From contig JAITBP010000010.1 of the NCBI GenBank assembly GCA_031283585.1, forward strand, positions 11,565 through 75,564: a DNA stretch of 64,000 nt, read 5' to 3'. The position numbers were made by a program, and so were the translations under genes. Position 1 is the stretch's first letter; the number at the start of each line of letters is the position of its first letter. The notes below the pieces were generated by a model. The model had not been told where the DNA came from and made no database searches. It was given only the letters and a program-made list of their open reading frames with translations. This DNA comes from Puniceicoccales bacterium. GTDB taxonomy: Bacteria; Verrucomicrobiota; Verrucomicrobiia; Opitutales; LL51. Below, in pieces: positions 8,899 through 16,580 of the stretch.

Positions 8899-11379
8899 CT
8901 ACCTTCTCCTGCGAAATCGCTTTATGTTGTTCTTATCACCTACATTTCCACCGGTATTATTTTGACTTTTATTATTTTTATTTCCATCCTGCGGTACATT
9001 GGTCACATTATTAACCGTTGTATCTTTACTTTTCTCCTCCAATTCTAGCTGTTGATGTTCCTGTAATATTTTTTCGCGTTCGCGCTTTTTTCTCCTACTT
9101 TCAGCTAACTGTAATCCAAACAAGGTGTCTTCAGGGAATGGCTCTCCATCTTTGAATTTTCCGTTTCTAATATAGGAATTCATATCCTGGGTGAGGTCTG
9201 CAGCAGTTAATCTTTTTTCGAGATAGCCAACCTCATCCTGGGGCTGTAATATTATCGTCGGCTTGATGAATATTATTAGTTCTGTTGTTGTTTCTTTCCT
9301 CCTTCTTGAAGAAAACAGTGCATCGCCGACAACTGGTAAATCGCCTAATAACCACATCTTGCCTCCGCTATTTTCCATAATTTTTTCCTGTAATCCTGCC
9401 ATCACAACTACGTCCATATCGGCTACGCTTACAAACGAGGTTGCATGTTTTGTAGAAATAATAGGTTGAGTCCCTGCGGAAAATACGGCTTCCCCTATTT
9501 TCTTTTCAATTTTCTGTTCTATTTCCAACTGAATTATCCCATTATTACCAATAAGCGGCTTAACTTTCAGCATAATGCCAACATTCTTGTAGGTTATATT
9601 GGTTTTTACTCCACCGCCGGTATTGGCATCGGATACACTTGATTCAAGGATCGGCATGGATTCTCCAACTTCTATCAAAGCTTCCCTGTTATGGGTTGTA
9701 ACTATGGTTGGTGCCGACATTATTTTTATATTTGAGTCGGTTTTGGCTTTTCCAAACACAGTATCTAGTGAAAAATTCCTTAAATTTCCTGTCAGTTTGA
9801 AATGGCTATCAGCTCCACCAATGGTATAGCTTATCTCACTACCTTTACCACCGGACGAGTCTGATGAAGAAGAGGCTCCCTCTGCCCCACCTTCGCCACC
9901 GGATGAGCCACCAGATGAACCACCGGACGGTTTAAAGCCAACATTGAAAGCATCCAGTCCACTTACCTGCCCCTTATCCAGCGTCACCTGGGCAATAACC
10001 ACTTCTATCCTGACCTGATCCAGTAGCACATCAAGTTTGCTTATAATTGACTTCACCCTGGAAATATCCGAAGGGGTTCCGTGGACTATGATAGAATTGC
10101 TGCGATCATCGTGTTCAATAGCCAATGAATTAGAAAATTGCATATCCTGTTCACCTAATTGATTGCTTATGGAGTTGGCAGAACTTGTATCGGCGCTATT
10201 TGGCATACCTATTGAGAATCTGGGCGGTACGGGTGCGGAATTTTGATTCCTCTGAGCCTGCAATTCTAGATTAGCAAGTCTATAGGAATTGGCCTTATCT
10301 TCTTGTTTTCGTTGTTCATCTATTATTTTTCTCATTACTTCCGAGATATCTTTGGCATCACCATGTTTTATCCTAATTACCTCGGTCCTGGTTAGCGGCT
10401 CCTTATTTACATCTAGGTTGGTTATAATTCTTTTGATCACACTTAGACTTTCCGAAGGTGCCATTATTATAAGCTGATTGGTCGTTTCATCGCTTTCGAT
10501 GGTAGTATTGTTTGAAAAATATTTTTTAAACGAACCATGATTGCATATATCCTTTATGCACTTCATCACCGATGAAACCTTTACATTGTTTAGCACATGA
10601 AAATACATCTCCTCTTTTATATCAATCGGCACATCTACCCTTTTTACTATTTCCTCTATTCTCTGCAAATTGGCGAGACTATCTATAACCAACAGCGAAT
10701 TCGATGACTGGAAATGAATTACCTGGGACAGCGAGCCGGTGACTAGAGGTTTTATTAGCTTATTGAAGTCACCAGCATCGAGGTATGAAAATGTAAAAAA
10801 TTTCGAATAGGCCTTTTGGCTGGCAACCACATCAACTAGTGTATCATCAACCAGCTCCGGCGCGTTACTAGAGGTATTTTTAGCTGTAACAGCTTTGATA
10901 AAATCATCGCCCATATCTATTATTGCTATGCCATTCAAAGCCAATAAGCTTTCTATGGCCAATATGGCTTCGGCCCTTGTCATAGGCTGCTGAATTTCCA
11001 GGCTTATTTTAGTCTCTGGTATTTTTTCCCTCAAAACCGTTTTGCCGGTTAATTTCTCTAATATGGATAGCACCTGATTAACCCCTTCTTCGGCTAAAAC
11101 AAGTTGTTCCACTATGTCATTGCTTGGATCACTATCATCATCCACCTCGGTATTATCATCCACCTCGGCCTCGGTATTGTTACCACCATTAGAGCCGTCA
11201 GAGTCATTGCTATTTTCAGCATCATCACCACCAATCTCGCCAGCTGCCATAGGGTTATTATCTTCATGTTGTTGGTCCAATTGGTCCATATCCTCGTCTA
11301 AATCTGCACAGTGTGAAGAGGTATACGCAAAAAAACATAAAATGGTTAAAAATAAAACTTTGCCTCTATTCATTTTCAT
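8899..11379 (-). CDS. gspD: secretin (GspD/PilQ family outer-membrane channel)
   Basis: 826 aa. It has a signal peptide, an acidic N-terminal tract, repeated N-domain-like segments and a C-terminal secretin core (..MSAPTIVTTHNREALIEVG.., ..WLLGDLPVVGDALFSSRRRKETTTELIIFIKPTII). It also carries a Gly/Ser-rich insert and a basic C-terminal tail. Confidence 0.9.
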   Translation of the reverse strand: MKMNRGKVLFLTILCFFAYTSSHCADLDEDMDQLDQQHEDNNPMAAGEIGGDDAENSNDSDGSNGGNNTEAEVDDNTEVDDDSDPSNDIVEQLVLAEEGVNQVLSILEKLTGKTVLREKIPETKISLEIQQPMTRAEAILAIESLLALNGIAIIDMGDDFIKAVTAKNTSSNAPELVDDTLVDVVASQKAYSKFFTFSYLDAGDFNKLIKPLVTGSLSQVIHFQSSNSLLVIDSLANLQRIEEIVKRVDVPIDIKEEMYFHVLNNVKVSSVMKCIKDICNHGSFKKYFSNNTTIESDETTNQLIIMAPSESLSVIKRIITNLDVNKEPLTRTEVIRIKHGDAKDISEVMRKIIDEQRKQEDKANSYRLANLELQAQRNQNSAPVPPRFSIGMPNSADTSSANSISNQLGEQDMQFSNSLAIEHDDRSNSIIVHGTPSDISRVKSIISKLDVLLDQVRIEVVIAQVTLDKGQVSGLDAFNVGFKPSGGSSGGSSGGEGGAEGASSSSDSSGGKGSEISYTIGGADSHFKLTGNLRNFSLDTVFGKAKTDSNIKIMSAPTIVTTHNREALIEVGESMPILESSVSDANTGGGVKTNITYKNVGIMLKVKPLIGNNGIIQLEIEQKIEKKIGEAVFSAGTQPIISTKHATSFVSVADMDVVVMAGLQEKIMENSGGKMWLLGDLPVVGDALFSSRRRKETTTELIIFIKPTIILQPQDEVGYLEKRLTAADLTQDMNSYIRNGKFKDGEPFPEDTLFGLQLAESRRKKREREKILQEHQQLELEEKSKDTTVNNVTNVPQDGNKNNKSQNNTGGNVGDKNNIKRFRRRR

Positions 11380-12004
11380 TTATAAAATCGTAATTCATGT
11401 ATATTTGTGGTAACACATACATATTTGTGTCTTTTATCAAATTAGCTATCAGATCATTGATATTTTGTTTTTCACTGTTTATACCAAGAGCCGTAATGAC
11501 AAATTTCGCAGATATTATGCCATTACCCGACGATGACAGATCAACTTCCTCCACACGCAAATTCTTTTGTTGAGTCTCTATCATATTATCAAATAACAAC
11601 AAACTTTCCATTTTTAACCCCGAGAAACTGATAGCAATTTTATGAAATTCGAAAAAATCCTTTGATTCGGTTGATGGACTTTCTAGCGAATATTGTTCAT
11701 CAGCCTCGCGTGCCGCATCGTCTACCACCTCCATTAATCGATGCTCATCCATTTTATCATTTTTAAAAATATTAGCTACAGTATCTTTAAATTCATCGGA
11801 AATAATTTTTTCGTCATCAAGCCATTTTTTTTGACTAGACATTAAATTTTCATTATTAGTCCGCATTTCTACTAAAATTTTAGTATTTTTAGACACAAGA
11901 TACAGTGAAGAGATCAACAAAGAAAAAGCTGTAATTAGAATGATCCTGCGTATATTTGGACTCATGTAGAAAAACATACCTTTTAATTTGGCGAATATAT
12001 TCAT
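11366..12004 (-). CDS. bitopic inner-membrane protein, GspM/PilO-like by position and topology
   Basis: 212 aa. A single N-terminal TM (RRIILITAFSLLISSLYLV) is followed by a periplasmic domain. Its start overlaps the stop of the upstream gene, and its own 3' end overlaps the start of the downstream secretin gene. Confidence 0.3.
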   Translation of the reverse strand: MNIFAKLKGMFFYMSPNIRRIILITAFSLLISSLYLVSKNTKILVEMRTNNENLMSSQKKWLDDEKIISDEFKDTVANIFKNDKMDEHRLMEVVDDAAREADEQYSLESPSTESKDFFEFHKIAISFSGLKMESLLLFDNMIETQQKNLRVEEVDLSSSGNGIISAKFVITALGINSEKQNINDLIANLIKDTNMYVLPQIYMNYDFINENE

Positions 12005-13080
12005 GATTCCTTTGCCTCCAATACTATGGAAAACGTAGTTTGACCTCCGCTGGTCACAGGCCTAATACATTTAACTGATCGTAATGAATCTAATTCCGAT
12101 AGCTTATCTGTGTATGCGTTTACTTCTTTTATTTCCATCTTTGCCACAGCTGAGATCTCTAGCTTGTTGCAAGCAGTACCCTTAACAGATTTAAACGAAA
12201 TTTTATCCGGCCTCAGCCTGTTGACATCGTTAAGCATTTTGAAATATATTTGCCTTTTTTTAGCAAAAGAATCCAATTCATGTAGCCTTTCATTTTTTTC
12301 CTTAACCATCTTCACTATTTTTTCTTTATCAGCTAAAGTGCGGGAAATGGACGTTTCTTTCGATACATTACGTTCGATCCCAGACAAAAATAAAAACGCT
12401 GCAGTGGCCACAAGAGCGGCTAAAACACCACAATCGAATGATAATAATTGCAAAACTTTGGCTTTACTTCTGGCAGAGTTAAAATACCTGTCATGCAGTT
12501 CCATCCACCAAAATTCTTTATTTTTGAAACTTAGTAATGTTTTTTGTTCTGTGACATTGCCATTCGATGTTATGGTAACAAAAAGCTTTATTCCTTCAGA
12601 AATAACCACTCTATATTTGCGCAACTCCACCACCGGCAAATGTAAATCCTTGCTATCGTCAAATGACCTTATACCAAAAAATGAGCCATCTATTTTTTCT
12701 ATAACAATCATCCTATTATTACGCTTAAATACGACATCTTCCGAACCAGTATTAATCAGCAGAGCTGGTAAAAATTCTGGAAACATATAATCAGAATCGC
12801 TATAGGATGACACAATCCTTTCCCTAAGTGTGGAATATATGAACACACTGCCATTTTTACGATTTACGAAAAAACCATAAAACATGTCATCTTCTTGAAA
12901 AGGGCTAGAAGTTTCAAGGCTCAATGACACTATATCCCCTAGGCTCTTATCGGAAATTTTCTCATCGGGTAATTGGTATCCAGATGCGAAAAAAAGATCA
13001 CTGCTGATAAATGATACACTTTCACGTATGATCCTGTATCTCTCCAGGGTTCCAGGTCTTAACTTTTTTCTAGTTGCCAT
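12001..13080 (-). CDS. GspL-like (or fused PilM/PilN-like) assembly-platform protein
   Basis: 359 aa. An N-terminal domain of about 210 aa without TM, one central TM (GVLAALVATAAFLFLSGI), then a coiled-coil and periplasmic domain. The topology and position between the K-like and M-like genes fit GspL. Confidence 0.35.
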   Translation of the reverse strand: MATRKKLRPGTLERYRIIRESVSFISSDLFFASGYQLPDEKISDKSLGDIVSLSLETSSPFQEDDMFYGFFVNRKNGSVFIYSTLRERIVSSYSDSDYMFPEFLPALLINTGSEDVVFKRNNRMIVIEKIDGSFFGIRSFDDSKDLHLPVVELRKYRVVISEGIKLFVTITSNGNVTEQKTLLSFKNKEFWWMELHDRYFNSARSKAKVLQLLSFDCGVLAALVATAAFLFLSGIERNVSKETSISRTLADKEKIVKMVKEKNERLHELDSFAKKRQIYFKMLNDVNRLRPDKISFKSVKGTACNKLEISAVAKMEIKEVNAYTDKLSELDSLRSVKCIRPVTSGGQTTFSIVLEAKES

Positions 13081-13095
13081 TTATTATATAACATG

Positions 13096-14421
13096 TCATG
13101 TTTCACTTATACTTAAAATATCAAATGTTTCAAACCTACCTTTAGATTTATTAGCAGGTATAGAATTTACAAGCGCTACCAAAGTGAATTCATCTGCAGT
13201 GGATTTAGAGACTTTTATTGTAATTTTCAAATGTGTGGCATCAATTCCGATAAAGTTCTTAAACCTACCACGAGGAAAGCTTTTGTCTCTATTATTAGCC
13301 TCAGCGCTTTTTTGCACGATAGCTTCCTTATATTTAGAGTATTGCTGTGGATTTTTTCTGGCATTTATTAATGCATTGTTATCCTTTGATCTGGCGCTTC
13401 TGATTATTTTTACTTCATATAGCCATTCATCCCTAAAGTCATTGTGTGAATAAAAATTATCACTATACTCATTACTACCTGCACACAATAATCCAGTATT
13501 TGGCTCAGATGATTGTGGACCAACTATAGTATTGCCATCAATAATAATACTAGCAGCTGTAAGTATATTTATCTTGAAATTATTAACATCTTTTCCCAAA
13601 TTTGGTATAATGGTAAAATATTTGCGTAGTTCAGCAAAATATGAAGTCTCGATTCCATTTTCGTCAAAAAATTTATTTTCATTACCCTTAACTTTACACC
13701 ACTCTTCTTGAAATAGCTTAGCAAAGTGTTCCAAGGACCTTACCTGTAGTTGTGATGCTAATATGGTTTCAATGATTGCCTTTATGTTCTTGTTTTGTAA
13801 CCCTTTGGCTAACACACAACGACTGATAATACCTGCATATATGTTTTCAACCTTCCCAGACTTTTCACCCGTTAGCTTTTTATAAAATTCAGCACATAGT
13901 GGGAGCTTACCGGTTTCATCCTCCACTGTTATTTTTATCGTCATATCACCATCCTTTATTCCGGTAATATATTCATGTTGTTGTATTATACTACCATTTT
14001 CACCTTCCACATTTGATAACTTTTCTTTGATAAAATCTGAATTTGGTATTCCAGCTCTTTGCGTTATAGTCTGCATTAAATAATTATTCAGAGCGTATTT
14101 TTTCAAAACATAATTTCCCTTTTTACCTTCACTTACTGGTATCTCCTCATATCCTCTCAGCCAACCTCGGGTAAAAAGTAATCCACCGCCCCACTCTTTT
14201 TTTAATTGATCGAGGGTGGCGATGACCAAATCCATGTAAGAGTATGCCTTAATCTTTAAATCAATTGGCTCTTTTAGCTGAGAATTATAGGTAATTTCAG
14301 ATATAACGCTTTTAATGAACACAGTGACCAAACTGGTCGCAATCAGCATCAAACTTAGCACAAGTAGCAATATACTGCCTGAAGAATTATTTTTACTGAC
14401 TTTTTTAAACAAAACCACCAA
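13096..14421 (-). CDS. GspK-like minor pseudopilin
   Basis: 441 aa. Hydrophobic N-terminus SGSILLLVLSLMLIATSLVTVF without a canonical G-F-T-L-x-E site. The motif ITVEDETGKLPL resembles the GspK I-x-D-E-x-x-K-x-N-L-N motif. Confidence 0.5.
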   Translation of the reverse strand: MVVLFKKVSKNNSSGSILLLVLSLMLIATSLVTVFIKSVISEITYNSQLKEPIDLKIKAYSYMDLVIATLDQLKKEWGGGLLFTRGWLRGYEEIPVSEGKKGNYVLKKYALNNYLMQTITQRAGIPNSDFIKEKLSNVEGENGSIIQQHEYITGIKDGDMTIKITVEDETGKLPLCAEFYKKLTGEKSGKVENIYAGIISRCVLAKGLQNKNIKAIIETILASQLQVRSLEHFAKLFQEEWCKVKGNENKFFDENGIETSYFAELRKYFTIIPNLGKDVNNFKINILTAASIIIDGNTIVGPQSSEPNTGLLCAGSNEYSDNFYSHNDFRDEWLYEVKIIRSARSKDNNALINARKNPQQYSKYKEAIVQKSAEANNRDKSFPRGRFKNFIGIDATHLKITIKVSKSTADEFTLVALVNSIPANKSKGRFETFDILSISET

Positions 14422-14619
14422 CTTGATAATAATGAAACTACAAAAATAAAAAAGCTTTTTTTATATATATACCCTACCGGCCATATATTTATAATTAAAG
14501 CCACCATATCTTTCCCTATTATCCAATCACTATTCCAAATATGTCAATAACGTTTTGTCATATTATAGGTATTATCTCATTGTCTACTAATCAAATCCCG
14601 CCTATGCTGTGACCATATC

Positions 14620-15171
14620 ATGACAAGCCTAGCAGACCATCACAGGATGATAATAACCGAATGTTGCACAGAAATTGGCTGTAAAATTACAGCACATGCG
14701 ATCTATATATCGCTTTCAAAATCGAGATTGTACCATTATAATAGCTGGCTGTTATCCAAATCCTATGTTATTTCCTATTCGCGCAAGCCTATATCACAGC
14801 TGAAAGATTCTCTTGGGACTCCCCTAGGGTTACATGAAATAATCGAAAAATATGGAGATAATTTACCGCCAGGCACAATCCTGAAAGGCCGCGTAGCCAC
14901 AAACAAAACCTACTTCGATTTGGATCCTTCCGAACAGAAAGGCAACTATGTTACAACACGCATACTAAGGCTATCTGGCCTACAGCAGGGGTTTAACAAA
15001 GGCGGAAACTGCGACTCCTATGAGCGTTATATATATATACATGGTACAATCCATGATGAAAAAATCGGTGAAAGAATATCCAATGGTTGCATATGTATGA
15101 AAACCAACGACCTAATAGAACTATATGATATTGTACCTTGTGGGTCTTTGGTGATGATAGCCAATGATTAG
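14620..15171 (+). CDS. L,D-transpeptidase (YkuD) domain protein
   Basis: 183 aa. Catalytic motif IYIHGT..(x)..ISNGCICM (H..G..S/N-x-G-C-I-x-M). No clear signal peptide in the called N-terminus. Confidence 0.75.
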   Translation: MTSLADHHRMIITECCTEIGCKITAHAIYISLSKSRLYHYNSWLLSKSYVISYSRKPISQLKDSLGTPLGLHEIIEKYGDNLPPGTILKGRVATNKTYFDLDPSEQKGNYVTTRILRLSGLQQGFNKGGNCDSYERYIYIHGTIHDEKIGERISNGCICMKTNDLIELYDIVPCGSLVMIAND

Positions 15172-15233
15172 CCGGTGGCCCAGGGCATTTGTATCTTGAC
15201 CTTTGACCCGATATATTTAAAATTTAACTCACA

Positions 15234-15740
15234 ATGGGTGGTTGTGAACTGATGGCGGAAGCCGTGACTGCATTTGGCAACGAAATAGGTATATCACTAA
15301 ATGTAGATAACGAAAATTATTGTTGCATATCGATAAATGATGACATGCAGCTTCATATGAAGTTCAATGACTATTTTGATGGAATCGTTTTCTATGCCGA
15401 ACTGGGCGAAGTTCCGGAAATGAATCAACACAATACGTTAAAATATTTTACCTGTGAAAATTGTGCCCAAAGCAACACCGAAGGTATGACATTTTCCTAT
15501 GATGATGAGTCGAAAAACATAGGAGTAGCATCATTGCTACCAGCAAATGTTATCAACCTGGATAACCTGAAAAAGATTCTGGAAAAATTTATTACCAAAG
15601 CCACCTCTTTAAAAGAGAAGATGGTTGAATTTATGCAAGGAATATCAAATCCCTCTGACAAAACCAGCCCTGGTGAGCCAATTCAGCCAAGTGGCCCGAC
15701 CCAAGGGTTATCGCCGGTTGATCAATTTATGAGGATATAA
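15234..15740 (+). CDS. CesT/Tir-type (class I) type III secretion chaperone-like protein; YbjN-like fold is the alternative
   Basis: 168 aa and acidic. The profile-like layout is AFGNEIGISLNVDNENYCCISINDDMQLHMKFNDYFDGIVFYAELGEVP..LKYFTCEN..GMTFSYDDESKNIGVASLLP..LDNLKKILEKFITKA. A Pro-rich tail follows. Confidence 0.5.
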   Translation: MGGCELMAEAVTAFGNEIGISLNVDNENYCCISINDDMQLHMKFNDYFDGIVFYAELGEVPEMNQHNTLKYFTCENCAQSNTEGMTFSYDDESKNIGVASLLPANVINLDNLKKILEKFITKATSLKEKMVEFMQGISNPSDKTSPGEPIQPSGPTQGLSPVDQFMRI

Positions 15741-15927
15741 AGTACCACTAGTGCTTACCTATCAAAAACTTTTCAGCCACTGCCATGGTAACGAGTATCA
15801 TCAGCACAGAAATATGAGAGGTAATAGAAACTGCCTTTCCATTGAGCCCTGGCATAGTAATAATAATATTGTAAAAAAATATAACTATATACCACAGAAC
15901 CGCTTAATTTTGAGCGATTGAATGGGT

Positions 15928-15963
15928 ATGTCTTTTATGTCTTTTATGTTTTTTATGTTTTTA
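15928..15963. repeat. 4 x 9-bp tandem repeat (ATGTCTTTT ATGTCTTTT ATGTTTTTT ATGTTTTTA)
   Basis: Read directly in the intergenic region upstream of ndk. Confidence 0.85.
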
Positions 15964-16039
15964 CAGATTTGTTCTCACCAGCCTATGCTTCCCATTTGTT
16001 CTATTATGCGCAGCCCCAGGTCTAATAAACATAAAAACG

Positions 16040-16543
16040 GTGGAATCGAATGGTGATAATGCTATGCATAAAAGTTCAGAAATACTGTTGCCAAACACTA
16101 TAAATACAGTAGCCATTGATCCTGTGATTGAAAATACCCTAATGATCTTGAAGCCGGATTGCATGGAGAAAAAGCTTTCTGGTAAGGTGATTGATAGAGT
16201 TCAACAGGTTGGCCTGGATATAGTTGCCTGTAAAATGATGGCCCTGGGATCCGATATATTGAAGGATCATTATTCGCATCTAGCCAGTTTGCCATTTTTC
16301 CCAGAAATACTATCATTCATGGGTTCTTGTCCGGTTATTGTGCTGGTGCTAAGAGGCCTCGATGGTATAAAAAAGCTCAGAGATTTGCTAGGCCCCACCG
16401 ATTCTGCCCAGGCTCCAAAAGGCACAATTCGTGGCGATTTTGGCCAGGATAAGATGAGAAACATCGCCCATGCATCGGATTCGGCTGAGAGCGCCCAGAA
16501 GGAAATAAAAAGATTTTTCAGTGAGTCGGAACTATTTTTGTAA
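16040..16543 (+). CDS. ndk: nucleoside diphosphate kinase
   Basis: The NDK core starts at ENTLMILKPD. Motifs GTIRGDF and active-site NIAHASDS are present. The track start is GTG 16040; ATG 16064 or later is possible. Confidence 0.9.
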   Translation: MESNGDNAMHKSSEILLPNTINTVAIDPVIENTLMILKPDCMEKKLSGKVIDRVQQVGLDIVACKMMALGSDILKDHYSHLASLPFFPEILSFMGSCPVIVLVLRGLDGIKKLRDLLGPTDSAQAPKGTIRGDFGQDKMRNIAHASDSAESAQKEIKRFFSESELFL

Positions 16544-16560
16544 TTTTTGTAATTTTTGTA
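16534..16560. repeat. 3 x 9-bp tandem repeat (ATTTTTGTA), spanning the ndk stop codon
   Basis: Read directly: atttttgta atttttgta atttttgta. Confidence 0.85.
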
Positions 16561-16580
16561 ATAACTTAGATACCAATGCA

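Noticed and set aside
8060-8965. 301-aa + strand ORF, plus alternative-frame ORFs 8256..8792 and 8274..8540 over the acidic repeat region
   Set aside because: These are Ser/Leu- or Pro/Arg-rich translations that stay open only because of the biased repeat sequence. The signal-peptide-bearing minus-strand frame fits the operon.
12110-12790. Long antisense ORFs inside well-supported genes (also 21497..22117, 24677..25505, 30278..31087, 44809..45384, 46875..47354, 1715..2050)
   Set aside because: Each lies opposite a gene with clear catalytic motifs or operon context, and none has a motif of its own. These are typical shadow ORFs.
15748-15855. 35-aa hydrophobic minus-strand micro-ORF (MPGLNGKAVSITSHISVLMILVTMAVAEKFLIGKH) in the chaperone-ndk spacer
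   Set aside because: It has no RBS and no supporting context, and such an ORF could arise by chance in AT-rich sequence. It is recorded only as a possibility.
15928-16560. CRISPR array or other spaced-repeat locus
   Set aside because: The repeats are contiguous 9-bp units without spacers. I noticed no 24-40-bp repeats with unique spacers anywhere in the window.
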